In this document: piece by piece, positions 9,732-20,015 of the stretch
How positions within the stretch are numbered: position 1 is the first letter of the stretch
Layout of the letters: each line of letters opens with the position of its first letter
From: Gammaproteobacteria bacterium
GTDB taxonomy: Bacteria; Pseudomonadota; Gammaproteobacteria; Xanthomonadales; Rhodanobacteraceae
DNA length: 34,216 bases
Reading direction: 5' to 3'
Assembly (NCBI GenBank): GCA_005877675.1
Contig: VBNZ01000096.1
Span: 17,325 to 51,540, forward strand
Notes under the pieces: model-generated
Told to the model about the DNA's origin: nothing
The model's input: the letters and a program-made list of their open reading frames with translations, nothing else
Database searches by the model: none
Translations under genes and position numbers: made by a program

Positions 9732-11141
9732 ATGGCGTTGACCCAAGCCCGCACCATGCCCGGCGTGATGGAGCTTTTGCCGCTCGATCAGATCGCGTTC
9801 GCGGACATGCTCGATACGATCCGTCGCAACTACGAGCGTTTCGGTTTTCTGCCGATCGAGACGCCGGCGATCGAGCTTTCCGACATCCTCCTGACCAAGT
9901 CGGGCGGCGAAACCGAGCGCCAAGTATACTTTGTGCAGTCTACCGGCGCGCTCGATGCAGTGGCTAAGAGTGAGGACGAGAAGCGTCCGGAGCTTGCGCT
10001 GCGCTTCGATTTGACCGTGCCGCTCGCGCGCTATGTCGCCGAGCATGAGCACGATCTGTCGTTCCCGTTCCGCCGCTACCAGGTGCAGCGCGTTTATCGT
10101 GGCGAGCGTGCGCAGCGTGGGCGCTTCCGCGAGTTTTACCAAGCCGACATCGACGTGATCGGCAAGGATGCGCTGTCGATCCGCTACGACGCCGAGATTC
10201 CGGCGGTGATCTACAGCGTGTTCCGGGATCTGGCGATCGGACCGTTCACGATCTGGCTCAACAACCGCAAGATCATGCGCGGCTTTTTCGAGGGACTCGG
10301 CGTCGTAGATGGCGAACAGCAAGCACAAATATTGCGAGAAGTCGATAAGCTCGACAAACGTGGTATAGCTTATGTCCAAGATGTCCTTGTCGGGGAGGGG
10401 TTCAATCTATCGAACCACGTAGTTAGCGAGATTCTTGGCTTCGTGCAATTGCGCTCGACAAGCCACATGGATGCGCTTGATTTGCTCCACACGATTGAAA
10501 AAGGGAACCCGTCGCACCGGGGCATCGCAAACTTTGTTCAGGGCATCGCCGAATTGCGCGAAGTGCTCGAGCTGATCAAGGCTTTCGGCGTGCCGGAGAC
10601 GCATTACGCAATCAACCTCTCGATCGCGCGCGGCCTCGATTACTACACCGGCACGGTGTACGAGACCATGCTCAACGAACATCCGCAGATCGGTTCGATC
10701 TGCTCAGGCGGACGCTACGAAAATCTCGCCTCGAATTACACCAAGTCGAAGTTGCCTGGCGTGGGCATCTCAATAGGTGCAACACGACTGTTCTGGCAAC
10801 TGCGTGAGGCCAAGTTGATTGGCACTGCGCAAAGCACAGTCAAGGTGTTAGTTACCAACATGGACGAGATGCGCTTACAGGACTATTTGGAACTCGCAAC
10901 GCAACTGCGTGCCGCTGGCATACCGACTGAGGTTGTGCTCGAAGGCGGCAAGCTCGCCAAGCAGTTCAAATATGCCGACCGCGCGGGCATCCGCTTCGTG
11001 CTCGTGCTCGGCTCCGACGAGATCGCCAAGGGCGTGGTCACGGTCAAGGACATGCGCAAGGAAGATCAGTTCGAAGTATCGCGCGCGGAGCTGGTGAAGA
11101 CCCTGCGTGTCGAGCTCGAGCAAGCACAGGTCATGGGATAA
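9732..11141 (+). CDS. hisS: histidine--tRNA ligase
   Basis: [38 protein letters not shown] and a C-terminal anticodon-binding domain. Confidence 0.98.
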   Translation: MALTQARTMPGVMELLPLDQIAFADMLDTIRRNYERFGFLPIETPAIELSDILLTKSGGETERQVYFVQSTGALDAVAKSEDEKRPELALRFDLTVPLARYVAEHEHDLSFPFRRYQVQRVYRGERAQRGRFREFYQADIDVIGKDALSIRYDAEIPAVIYSVFRDLAIGPFTIWLNNRKIMRGFFEGLGVVDGEQQAQILREVDKLDKRGIAYVQDVLVGEGFNLSNHVVSEILGFVQLRSTSHMDALDLLHTIEKGNPSHRGIANFVQGIAELREVLELIKAFGVPETHYAINLSIARGLDYYTGTVYETMLNEHPQIGSICSGGRYENLASNYTKSKLPGVGISIGATRLFWQLREAKLIGTAQSTVKVLVTNMDEMRLQDYLELATQLRAAGIPTEVVLEGGKLAKQFKYADRAGIRFVLVLGSDEIAKGVVTVKDMRKEDQFEVSRAELVKTLRVELEQAQVMG

Positions 11142-11175
11142 GCAACTCTCCACAGTGATAGGTGTTGTTTTTGAC

Positions 11176-11202
11176 GTCATTCCCGCGCAAGCGGGAATCC
11201 AG
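11176..11202 (+). repeat. single REP-like palindrome, same family as 202-353
   Basis: GTCATTCCCGCGCAAGCGGGAATCCAG between hisS and the ammonia-lyase. Confidence 0.8.
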
Positions 11203-11222
11203 GGCCTTTGGACTTTTCCGCT

Positions 11223-13136
11223 ATGACTGCGCAATCGATTCTCCTCGACGGCAATAGCCTCACGCGCGATCAGCTCGTTGCGATCGCGCGCCATGGGCTC
11301 AAGGTCGAACTGGAAGCCTCACAGCTCACCAAAGTGCAGCGCACCGCGGATTTCCTCGCGCAGCAGGTGCAGCGCGGCGAGCCCATCTACGGCGTGACAA
11401 CAGGCTTCGGCAGCAACGCCGACAAGCTGCTTGGTGCGCATCGCGCGCGCGACGAGTTGCCGGGTGCCGATCTGCAAAAACTCGGGCAAGAGCGTCACGA
11501 CGGCACGCTGTTGGAAGAACTGCAGTACAACCTCGTCGTCACGCACGCGGTCTGCGTCGGCAAGCCGCTCGCGCGCGAGGTCGTGCGCGCGATGCTCGCG
11601 ATCCGCGTCAATACGCTGATGCGCGGGCATTCGGGCATACGCGCATCGACGCTGCAGTCGCTGGCCGAGTTGCTCAATCACGATGTGATCCCGGTGATCC
11701 CGGAGAAGGGTTCGGTCGGTGCGAGTGGCGACCTCGCGCCGCTGTCGCATCTCGCGATCGTACTGCTCGGCGAAGGCGAGGCGTTCCATCAGGGCGAACG
11801 CATGCCAGGTGCCGAAGCACTCAAGCGCGCCGGCCTCGAGAAAGTACGACTGTCGTTTAAGGAAGGCCTTGCACTCAACAACGGCACGGCGCAGATGCTC
11901 GCGACGGCGACGCTCGCGCTCGATGCGCTCGAGAGTCTGCTTGCGACCGCCGATCTCGCCGCGGCCATGACGCTCGACGCGTTCGCCGGTCGCGGTTCCG
12001 CGTTCAAGCCCGAGGTGCACGCGCTACGTCCGCATCCGGGGCAGGTTGAAACGGCGGCGAATCTGCGCGCGCTGCTTGAAGGCTCGACGCTGGTCGATAT
12101 TCCGTACCACCTCGTGCCGCGCTTCAAGACCTGGCTTGCGGAATCCTGGAACGAGCCGGCCGATCAACAACATCGCTTCGATATCGGCTGGGACTACGTG
12201 CCGCCGTCACAACGTCACGGCAAGGAAAATTTCTATCGCCGCTTTATGCCGTTCAAGGGCGGCAAGAAACATCAGCCGCAGGACGCCTACTGCCTGCGCT
12301 GTATCCCGCAGGTGCACGGCGCCGTGCGCGACGCGCTCGCGCAGGCACAGCGCGTGATCGATATCGAACTCAACGCGGTCACCGATAATCCGCTGATTTT
12401 CCCTGATGCGGCGGACGCGAAGGTGATTGAAGATCAGGTGATTTCGGCCGGACACTTCCACGGCATGCCGCTCGCGCTTGCGATGAGCTACGTCAAGGCG
12501 GCGATACCGGTGCTCGCCTCGATCAGCGAACGGCGGCTCAACAAACTCGTCGATCCCGCGACCAGCGATGGCCTGCCGGCGTTCCTCATCGGCAACGAAG
12601 ACGCGACCGATTCGGGCTTCATGATCGTGCAGTACACCGCTGCCGCTTTGGTCAACGACCTGGCGACGCGCGCGCATCCGGCCTGCGTGTATTCGATACC
12701 GACCAGCGCAAATGCGGAAGACCATGTCTCGATGGGCACGAACGAGATTCGCCACGTGCTCGAGATGACCGAGGACCTCGCGCATGTACTCGCGCTCGAG
12801 TTGTACACCGCTGCGCAGGCGCTCGAATACCGCCAGGACATGCTCAACGCAGCGCGCACGCTCGCCGCGCGTGGCGATGCGGCTGCGCTCGCGGCGAAGA
12901 TTGCCGGCGTACCGAAGCCCGATCATGCAAGCTATGCGCAATTCCTAGACGAGGTGAAACAGCTGATGGCTGCGCTGGCGCAGAGCGAGGAATTCCACGC
13001 CGGCCGCACGGTACGCAAGGCGTTCGCGCTGATCCGCGAACGTATCGGCTTCATGCAGCGCGACCGCGCGATGGATGGCGATGTGCGGCGCATCTGCGAG
13101 CTGGTCGCGAGCGGAGATTTATTGAAAGCGAGCTAG
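11223..13136 (+). CDS. hutH: MIO-dependent aromatic amino acid ammonia-lyase, histidine ammonia-lyase type, long form
   Basis: YGVTTGFG, GSVGASGDLAPL (MIO-forming ASG), KEGLALNNGT, QDAYCLRC, DNP and EDHVSM motifs. Confidence 0.85.
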   Translation: MTAQSILLDGNSLTRDQLVAIARHGLKVELEASQLTKVQRTADFLAQQVQRGEPIYGVTTGFGSNADKLLGAHRARDELPGADLQKLGQERHDGTLLEELQYNLVVTHAVCVGKPLAREVVRAMLAIRVNTLMRGHSGIRASTLQSLAELLNHDVIPVIPEKGSVGASGDLAPLSHLAIVLLGEGEAFHQGERMPGAEALKRAGLEKVRLSFKEGLALNNGTAQMLATATLALDALESLLATADLAAAMTLDAFAGRGSAFKPEVHALRPHPGQVETAANLRALLEGSTLVDIPYHLVPRFKTWLAESWNEPADQQHRFDIGWDYVPPSQRHGKENFYRRFMPFKGGKKHQPQDAYCLRCIPQVHGAVRDALAQAQRVIDIELNAVTDNPLIFPDAADAKVIEDQVISAGHFHGMPLALAMSYVKAAIPVLASISERRLNKLVDPATSDGLPAFLIGNEDATDSGFMIVQYTAAALVNDLATRAHPACVYSIPTSANAEDHVSMGTNEIRHVLEMTEDLAHVLALELYTAAQALEYRQDMLNAARTLAARGDAAALAAKIAGVPKPDHASYAQFLDEVKQLMAALAQSEEFHAGRTVRKAFALIRERIGFMQRDRAMDGDVRRICELVASGDLLKAS

Positions 13137-13756
13137 GGCGACCGGCTTGCGCGCAGCAGCTGCCGCGCCGTCCAGCCGAGCCAGGCGAGGATCAGCACGA
13201 TCAGTACTTTCTGCATCGTGCCTGACGGCAGGCCGTGATAGATCACATAGACCCATAACCAGACGAAGGCCGCCCAGGCCAGCACGACACCGGCGCTGCC
13301 CCCGCGCAGGCGCGGATCGCGGCGCCAGCGCATCGACAGCAGCGGCATGCCGAAGCACAGGCACATGAAGGTGATCAGCGCGGCAATGTGGTGGAGGAAA
13401 CGCGCCGCTTCCTCATTCGGCGTATGCGCGAACAAGGCCGTAATCGCAACAGGGGCCAATGCGATCCCTGCCGTGGCGAACAGGATCGCTGCGAGCGCGC
13501 TGCGTTGCGCCGCGGACGTCGCAAAATAGCTTGCCCAGGCGAGGCCAAGCAGCCCGAGCGCCATCAGATAGTAGGCCGCGCGTACATATTCGCCACCGGG
13601 GCCGGTCAGGTAGGCACTGAGCGGCGTGACCAACGGATCAAGATCGGTGCGCAATTGCGCCGCGCCACAGACCAGCACAAACATCAGGTCCGCAATAAGC
13701 AACAGTGTGCCGAGCGCACGAATTGCCCTGCGTTTTTTCGTTTCGCCTATCTGCAT
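13133..13756 (-). CDS. DUF998-family membrane protein
   Basis: About five hydrophobic helices; DP....LS.Y..GP.G, H...A and G..QK motifs. Start is uncertain. Confidence 0.75.
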   Translation of the reverse strand: MQIGETKKRRAIRALGTLLLIADLMFVLVCGAAQLRTDLDPLVTPLSAYLTGPGGEYVRAAYYLMALGLLGLAWASYFATSAAQRSALAAILFATAGIALAPVAITALFAHTPNEEAARFLHHIAALITFMCLCFGMPLLSMRWRRDPRLRGGSAGVVLAWAAFVWLWVYVIYHGLPSGTMQKVLIVLILAWLGWTARQLLRASRSP

Positions 13757-13835
13757 ACCCGAGATTGTAGAGGGCGGCGGCATGATCCAGCGAGGGCGGC
13801 ATCGGCATGACTTCCGGCTCATTCGCTATTATCAA

Positions 13836-13853
13836 CTGAACACTATAGTTCAG
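13836..13853. promoter_or_regulatory. candidate PadR operator
   Basis: Inverted repeat CTGAAC-N6-GTTCAG in an AT-rich divergent intergenic region just upstream of the PadR gene. Confidence 0.45.
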
Positions 13854-13855
13854 CT

Positions 13856-14239
13856 ATGCATATGACGAAGTCAGCTATGGGCGCCGAAGAAACCGATAGT
13901 CATCTGTGGAAGTTCCAGAAGGAGCTCAGCGCGGGCATCGTCTCGCTCGTGCTGCTCGGCGTACTCGCGCGCGCGCGGACGCCGATGTATGGCTACCAGA
14001 TCGTCAAGCGTCTCGAGCAAACAGGCGAGGGCGTGATGAGCGGCAAGCAGAGCGCGCTCTATCCGGTGCTGCGTAACCTGTCTGCGGCCGGTTTGCTCGA
14101 TAGCGAGGTGGAGCCGTCGGTGACGGGTCCACCTCGCCGCTACTATCGCATCACGCCGCTCGGCCGGCGTGTGCTGCGCGAATGGAGTCTGGCCTGGATC
14201 GAAACGCGCGATTTTGTGGATTCTGTTCTTGTTGAATAG
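13856..14239 (+). CDS. PadR-family transcriptional regulator
   Basis: PMYGYQI, LYPVLRNL and GPPRRYYRIT motifs. Start may be 13862 or 13877. Confidence 0.93.
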   Translation: MHMTKSAMGAEETDSHLWKFQKELSAGIVSLVLLGVLARARTPMYGYQIVKRLEQTGEGVMSGKQSALYPVLRNLSAAGLLDSEVEPSVTGPPRRYYRITPLGRRVLREWSLAWIETRDFVDSVLVE

Positions 14240-14307
14240 TGCGGGCAGCACACCCGCTCCCTGATTTTCGCCGTCATGAACGACGGCATTAGATACCGGA
14301 GAACTAG

Positions 14308-15228
14308 ATGAGCACGCCCATTCCCCGTTCGATCGCGGAATACGTCGAGCAGCTGCGCGCCGCTCTCGGCAACGCCGATCCGGCGTTGATCCAGGATGCG
14401 CTGTACGACGCGGAGGAACATCTGCGCGGCGAGATGCACGACAACCCCGGCAAGTCCGAGGGCGAAGTGCTCGCGAAGATCGCCGGCAGCTACGGCGCGC
14501 CGGAAGAAGTGGCCGAGATCTACGTCGACAAGGAGGCGAAGGTGCAAGAGGCGCTACGACCGCCGCCGCAGCGTCGCCGCAGAACCGCGCTCGGCCGCTT
14601 CTTCGCGGTCGGCAGCGACCCGCGCGCCTACGCCGCGCTGTTCTACATGGTGTTATCGCTCGCGACCGGCATCGCCTATTTTGTCTTCACCGTCGTCGGC
14701 GTCTCGCTCTCGATGAGTCTTGCGATCCTCGTCATCGGTATTCCGATCGCGATCATTTTCCTCGGCACGGCGCGCGTATTGTCGCTGGTCGAAGGCCGTC
14801 TGGTCGAAGTGATGCTCGGCGAACGCATGCCGCGGCGGCCGATCTATGCGCAGCGCAACATGCCGTTGAAGACACGTGTGTGGGGGATGTTCACCGATCC
14901 ACGTACCTGGTCGACGCTGTTGTATTTCGTGCTCAAGTTACCGCTCGGCATCATCTATTTCACGCTTGCGATAACTGGAACGGTTCTGTCGCTTGCATTC
15001 ATCACGGCGCCGCTCGCGCACGTCGGCTGGATGCTCGGAATAGTGCGTATCGACTGGGCGACGCATGTGCATTTCAACGATACGCTGGTCGTGCCGCCGA
15101 TCATTGCCGATCCGCTGATGTTCGTATGCGGTATCGCCATGCTGTTCGGCATGCTGCATCTCGCGCGCGGTATCGGCAAATTCCAGGGCGCGCTCGCGAA
15201 AAACCTGCTGGTGAAGTCGGCAGGTTGA
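14308..15228 (+). CDS. membrane putative-sensor-domain protein with HAAS-like N-terminus (PadR partner)
   Basis: Y...LR.AL...D....DAL.DAEEHL and YG.PEEVA motifs followed by four TM helices. Confidence 0.8.
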   Translation: MSTPIPRSIAEYVEQLRAALGNADPALIQDALYDAEEHLRGEMHDNPGKSEGEVLAKIAGSYGAPEEVAEIYVDKEAKVQEALRPPPQRRRRTALGRFFAVGSDPRAYAALFYMVLSLATGIAYFVFTVVGVSLSMSLAILVIGIPIAIIFLGTARVLSLVEGRLVEVMLGERMPRRPIYAQRNMPLKTRVWGMFTDPRTWSTLLYFVLKLPLGIIYFTLAITGTVLSLAFITAPLAHVGWMLGIVRIDWATHVHFNDTLVVPPIIADPLMFVCGIAMLFGMLHLARGIGKFQGALAKNLLVKSAG

Positions 15229-15239
15229 GCGCAACGCGC

Positions 15240-16100
15240 TCAGTCGATCAGCTTGTCGCTGGCGGCGATTGCAAGCCGCAGGCGCTGATCGAGCGCATGG
15301 AGCGCGCTGTCGATGGCACTCGTGCGCGGCAGGCGCGACAGGGCGCGACGCAGCAGGTGCAGGTCGCGCTCCTCGCCCAGGGCATCGACGAGACGCTTGC
15401 GCGCATGACGATGAAGCGACTCGTCGGCCATGCGTTTACGCGCCTGTTTAGCGGCACGTGGGTGCTGCGCGTCGTCGGCGATGTCGTGCAACAGATCGAT
15501 CTGCAGCAGCGCTCGACGCATGCGGCGGCGCAGGCGGTGCCGTGATTCCTGTGCAGATGTCCCCTGTGCTTGCTTGCGTGCACGTCGCGCGCGACGTAGC
15601 GAGCGGTCTAATCCGGCGTTGATGTCACTGCGTTCAACGGCGCGCCAGTCGATCGCGTCAATAGCTGCCTGCAGCCCGGCGAATCGGTTGCGCCGTCCCG
15701 TAAAAGCGGGGTCTGCACGCAGCCCAGCATCGAGCAGTCGATCCCGATCTACCCCCACAGCGTCCTTCACGCCGCGCCATGCTTCGAATTCGTCGGCATT
15801 TCGCTTCGTGCCACCGAGGCGGCGCGCGGTATTGTATGCGGCCTGTGCGTCGCGCAGCCGCGACAGACCGTGCGCAATCGTGCGCAGGCGGTGCTCGAGA
15901 TGTGTCGTGGGCGTGGCAGCGGCATGCAATAGCGCAAGCAGCGCGCGCAGCCGCGCCATGGCCTTGCGCGCGCGGTGCACCCCCGTGTGGCGCCCCTGGC
16001 CTGCGCGGACAAGTTGCGCATCGACCTCCACGGCATAGGCCAGAGCCCGTGCACGAAGGGCGAGGGCGAGCGAATCACCGCGAGGTGTCGATTTGGGCAT
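15240..16100 (-). CDS. CHAD-domain protein
   Basis: VHRARKAMARLRALL, LSRLRDAQ, HRLRRRMRR and LGEERDL motifs; very basic and helical. Confidence 0.8.
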   Translation of the reverse strand: MPKSTPRGDSLALALRARALAYAVEVDAQLVRAGQGRHTGVHRARKAMARLRALLALLHAAATPTTHLEHRLRTIAHGLSRLRDAQAAYNTARRLGGTKRNADEFEAWRGVKDAVGVDRDRLLDAGLRADPAFTGRRNRFAGLQAAIDAIDWRAVERSDINAGLDRSLRRARRARKQAQGTSAQESRHRLRRRMRRALLQIDLLHDIADDAQHPRAAKQARKRMADESLHRHARKRLVDALGEERDLHLLRRALSRLPRTSAIDSALHALDQRLRLAIAASDKLID

Positions 16101-16291
16101 GTGCCAACGATAAGGCAGCCGGTGCGGCGGTTCCAGTCGTACGGGCGCACGCGGTCAATGACTTCGCGGGTTGCCTTCCCTGGGCGAGCCAGGGAGAAAG
16201 GCTCAGGGATGCCAAAACCGGTTCTGAGCCAATCGAAGAAGCCGCATCGCAGTCAGTGGTGGCCCGTCGCCCGTTGCATTGCTGAATCCGT

Positions 16292-16315
16292 AATGTACTA
16301 ATGCGTTAATACATT
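16292..16315. promoter_or_regulatory. candidate operator for the YerC/TrpR-like his repressor
   Basis: Near-perfect palindrome AATGTAcTAA-tgcg-TTAaTACATT ending 33 nt upstream of the regulator ATG. Confidence 0.65.
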
Positions 16316-16348
16316 GATTTATGGATTTTGCGATGCTAAAATCCAGGC

Positions 16349-16741
16349 ATGAAACGCCGCCTCATCGATCCTGAAACCAGCGCCGAGTCCGCCGAGGACA
16401 ATCTTTGCCGTGCCTTTCTGTCGATGCGCGGTCTCGCCGAGATGCGTTCATTCCTGCGCGACCTATGCACGCCGGCGGAGCTCGAGGCGCTGATCGACCG
16501 CTGGCGCGTCGTGCCGTATCTGCTCAAGGGTGTGTCCTACCGCGAAATCCACGAGCGCACCGCGGTCAGCGTGACCACGATCGGCCGCGTCGCGCGTTTC
16601 CTCAGCCAGGGCAACGGCGGCTACCAGGCTGCGGTCGAGCATCACGCGGTGCCGCCGCTGCGCCGGCGCGCGGTTGCCAGCGCGTCGATCACTGCAGTGC
16701 GCACACCTCGCGCGAAGAACTCGCAGGGAAGAACGTCATGA
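16349..16741 (+). CDS. YerC/YecD-family TrpR-related regulator (first gene of his operon)
   Basis: FLRDLCTPAEL, RW.V and SYREI...T..S.TTIGRVAR.L..G..GY motifs; ATGA-coupled to hisG. Confidence 0.92.
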   Translation: MKRRLIDPETSAESAEDNLCRAFLSMRGLAEMRSFLRDLCTPAELEALIDRWRVVPYLLKGVSYREIHERTAVSVTTIGRVARFLSQGNGGYQAAVEHHAVPPLRRRAVASASITAVRTPRAKNSQGRTS

Positions 16742-17640
16742 CCACACCGAACAAGGCGCGCGACCGGTTACGCATAGCGATCCAGAAATCCGGTCGTATG
16801 GCCGATGTGTCGCAGGACCTGCTTGCGCGCTGCGGACTGAAGTTTCGTCAAAGCAGAGACAAACTGTTCTGCTTCGGCGAGAGCATGCCGATCGACCTCT
16901 TGCTCGTGCGCGACGATGACATTCCCAGCTTGATCGCGCAAGGCGTCTGCGACCTCGGCATCGTCGGGCGCAACGTGCTGGCCGAGCAATCACTCGCTGC
17001 CGTGGAAGGTACGCTGCCGGTGGTGGAATTATGCGCGCTCGACAATAGCCGCTGCCGCCTGTCGATCGCGGTGCCGCAGGATATGGATTACAACGGGCCG
17101 CACCAGCTGCAGGGTCTGCGCATTGCGACTTCGTATCCGGCGCTGCTCGGTGCATGGCTGGCCGAGCACAAGGTCGAGGCGAAGATCGTCTTTCTTGCCG
17201 GCTCGGTCGAAATCGCGCCGAAGCTCGGCACGGCAGATCTGATCTGCGATCTCGTCTCGAGTGGCGCAACGCTTGTGGCGAATCAGCTGCGCGAGGCAGT
17301 TGTGATCCTCGAAAGCGAAGCGGTGGTCGCAGGCCCGCAGACGGTGCCGCCGGACGAGCGCGGCGATCTGCGCGAACTGCTGTTGCGCCGCATCGACGGT
17401 GTGATTCAGGTGCGCGAGTCCAAACTCGTGATGCTGCACGCGGCGCGCGCCAATGTCGATGCGATCCGCAAGATGCTGCCGAACGGGCAGATGCCGACGC
17501 TGCTGCCGATCGAAGGCAGCGAGCAAGTCGCGCTGCAGGCGGTGTGCTATGGCGCGATCACCTGGCAGCATCTCGAAGACATGAAACGCGCAGGCGCGAG
17601 CCAGTTGCTCGTGCTGCCGGTGGAGAAGATCCTGGCATGA
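16738..17640 (+). CDS. hisG: ATP phosphoribosyltransferase (long form)
   Basis: [28 protein letters not shown] and DLVSSGATL motifs. Confidence 0.97.
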   Translation: MTTPNKARDRLRIAIQKSGRMADVSQDLLARCGLKFRQSRDKLFCFGESMPIDLLLVRDDDIPSLIAQGVCDLGIVGRNVLAEQSLAAVEGTLPVVELCALDNSRCRLSIAVPQDMDYNGPHQLQGLRIATSYPALLGAWLAEHKVEAKIVFLAGSVEIAPKLGTADLICDLVSSGATLVANQLREAVVILESEAVVAGPQTVPPDERGDLRELLLRRIDGVIQVRESKLVMLHAARANVDAIRKMLPNGQMPTLLPIEGSEQVALQAVCYGAITWQHLEDMKRAGASQLLVLPVEKILA

Positions 17641-18915
17641 ATGCAGTACCCACCACGACCAGACTCGAACTGCCTGTGCTGGAATGGAGCGCGCTCGATG
17701 CCGGTGCGCGGCGCACAGCATTGCGTCGGCCGGCGCAGGAAGCGAGCGACGATATCCGGAATGCGGTCGCGCGCATCGTCGCGCAGGTCAGGGCCGACGG
17801 CGATGCGACCTTGCGTGCGCTGACGCGCCGCTTCGATGGCTGCGAGCTCGATGCATTGCAGGCGACCGATGCCGAGTTCGCCGCGGCCGAGGCCGCGCTT
17901 GACCCGGAATTGAAACGCGCGATCACCGAAGCGAAGACGCGCATCGAAACTTTTCATCGCGCGACGGCGCCGCAGACGGTCTCGGTCGAAACCGCACCGG
18001 GCGTCGTATGCGAACGTGTGACGCGGCCGATAGACAGCGTCGGCCTGTACGTGCCTGCCGGGAGCGCGCCGTTGCCGTCGACTGCGCTGATGCTCGGCGT
18101 GCCCGCGCAGATCGCCGGGTGTGCACAGGTCGTGATGTGCACCCCAGCCGACAAAGGCGGTCGTGCCGATGCGGCGGTACTCTATACCGCAGCGTTGTGT
18201 GGCATCCGCAAGGTATTCAAGCTCGGCGGTGCGCAGGCGATCGCTGCGATGGCGTTCGGCACCGAGAGCGTGCCGGCCTGCGCCAAGTTGTTCGGGCCGG
18301 GCAATGCCTATGTGACTGAAGCCAAGCGTCAGGTGAGTGCGTTGGCCGAGGGTCCGGCGATCGATATGCCGGCGGGTCCGTCCGAAGTGCTGGTGATTGC
18401 TGACGCAAGCGCAGGTACTGCTGATCGCCTGCGAACGCGCCCTGCTTGAAGCCGTGCGCGATGAACTGGCGCGCCAGCTCGCGACTCTGCCGCGTGCATC
18501 GATCGCGCTGCAGGCGCTGGAGAAAAGCCGCCTGATTCTGGCCGCTTCGCTCGACGCGGCGATCGCGATCAGCAACGCCTATGCGCCGGAGCACTTGATC
18601 CTCAACCTGCGCGATCCGCGCGCGCTCCTGCAAAAAGTCGAAAATGCCGGGTCCGTATTTCTCGGCGCGTGGTCGCCCGAGGCCGTCGGCGACTATTGCA
18701 GCGGCACCAACCACGTGCTGCCGACTTACGGCTACGCGCGCGCGTGGAGCGGCGTCTCGGTCGCGAGCTTCGTCAAGCAGATCACCGTGCAGCAGCTGTC
18801 GCCGGAAGGCTTGCGCGCGGTCGGTCCGTGCGCGGCCACGCTCGCTCGTGCCGAACGCCTGCACGCGCACGAGCATGCGGTGACCCTGCGCCTGGCGGCA
18901 CTGGAGTCGAAATGA
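17637..18915 (+). pseudogene. hisD: histidinol dehydrogenase, frameshifting deletion near 18410 (possibly assembly error)
   Basis: GLYVPAG, GPGNAYV and [10 protein letters not shown] in one frame; YAPEHL and [13 protein letters not shown] in another. The ADLLSQAEH segment is absent. Confidence 0.9.
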
Positions 18916-20015
18916 ACGACGCACCGATCAAACTGCTTGCGCGCGCGCGGCCGGAAATCCTCGCGCTGCAGCCGTACTCGTCGGCGCGCATGGAAGCCGG
19001 TGCGGGCGCCATCATGCTCAATGCGAATGAATCGCCATGGCCGCCGGTCGGCACCGATATTCCGCTCGACAATGACGCGTCGGCGCTGAATCGCTACCCC
19101 GATCCACAACCACGCGCGTTGCGCGAACGTCTGGCGCAACTTTACGGCGTCGCCAGCGACGAGCTGCTCGTTGGCCGCGGCAGCGACGAGGCAATCGATC
19201 TGCTCGTGCGCGCGTTCTGCAGCGAGGGGCGCGATGCGATCGTCATTTCGCCGCCGACATTCGGCATGTATGCAGTCGCTGCGCGCACGCAGGGTGCGGC
19301 AGTGATCGAGGTGCCACTCGCGAAAGGCTTCGAGCTCGACGGCGATGCGGTGCTCGCTCGCGTGACCGACAACACCAAGCTCGTCTTCGTCTGCACGCCG
19401 AATAATCCGACCGGCGCGCTGGCGCCGTTGACGGCGATTGCGAAGCTCGCACTCGCGCTGCGCGACCGCGCGCTGGTCGTGGTCGACGAGGCTTACCTCG
19501 AATTTGCACAGGGCGCGACGAGCGCGGCCGAATTGATTGCGCGGCAGGACAATATCGCCGTGCTGCGCACGCTGTCGAAGGCCTACGCGCTCGCGGGCGC
19601 ACGCGTCGGCACGCTGATCGCGCACGCGCAGATCGTCGCGCTGCTGCGCCGCATTCAGGCGCCTTACCCGTTGCCGACGAGCTGTGTCGATGCGGCGCTG
19701 GCCGCGCTCGCACCGAGTGCGGTCGAAGAGGTGCGCGTACGTATCCGCATGCTCGTGCGCGAGCGTGAGCGCGTCGCGCGCGCGCTGGCTGCTGCCGCCG
19801 CCGTGCTCGACGTATATCCTTCTTCGGCGAATTTTCTATGTGTGCGTTTCGCCGACGCGGCTGCGACTTATCGCGCGCTACTGGCTATAGGCATCATCGT
19901 GCGCGACGTGAGCCGCTATGCGCAGCTTGCCGGTTGCCTGCGCATCACGATCGGCGCGCCGGATGAAAACGATGCACTGCTGCGCGCACTGGCCCGACAG
20001 GAGGCGGCGGCGTGA
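18912..20015 (+). CDS. hisC: histidinol-phosphate aminotransferase
   Basis: LNANESP, NRYPDP, PNNPTG, DEAY and [13 protein letters not shown] (PLP lysine) motifs. Confidence 0.97.
   Translation: MNDAPIKLLARARPEILALQPYSSARMEAGAGAIMLNANESPWPPVGTDIPLDNDASALNRYPDPQPRALRERLAQLYGVASDELLVGRGSDEAIDLLVRAFCSEGRDAIVISPPTFGMYAVAARTQGAAVIEVPLAKGFELDGDAVLARVTDNTKLVFVCTPNNPTGALAPLTAIAKLALALRDRALVVVDEAYLEFAQGATSAAELIARQDNIAVLRTLSKAYALAGARVGTLIAHAQIVALLRRIQAPYPLPTSCVDAALAALAPSAVEEVRVRIRMLVRERERVARALAAAAAVLDVYPSSANFLCVRFADAAATYRALLAIGIIVRDVSRYAQLAGCLRITIGAPDENDALLRALARQEAAA

Noticed and set aside
16101-16348. his leader-peptide attenuator
   Set aside because: No His-codon run or terminator hairpin upstream of the operon.
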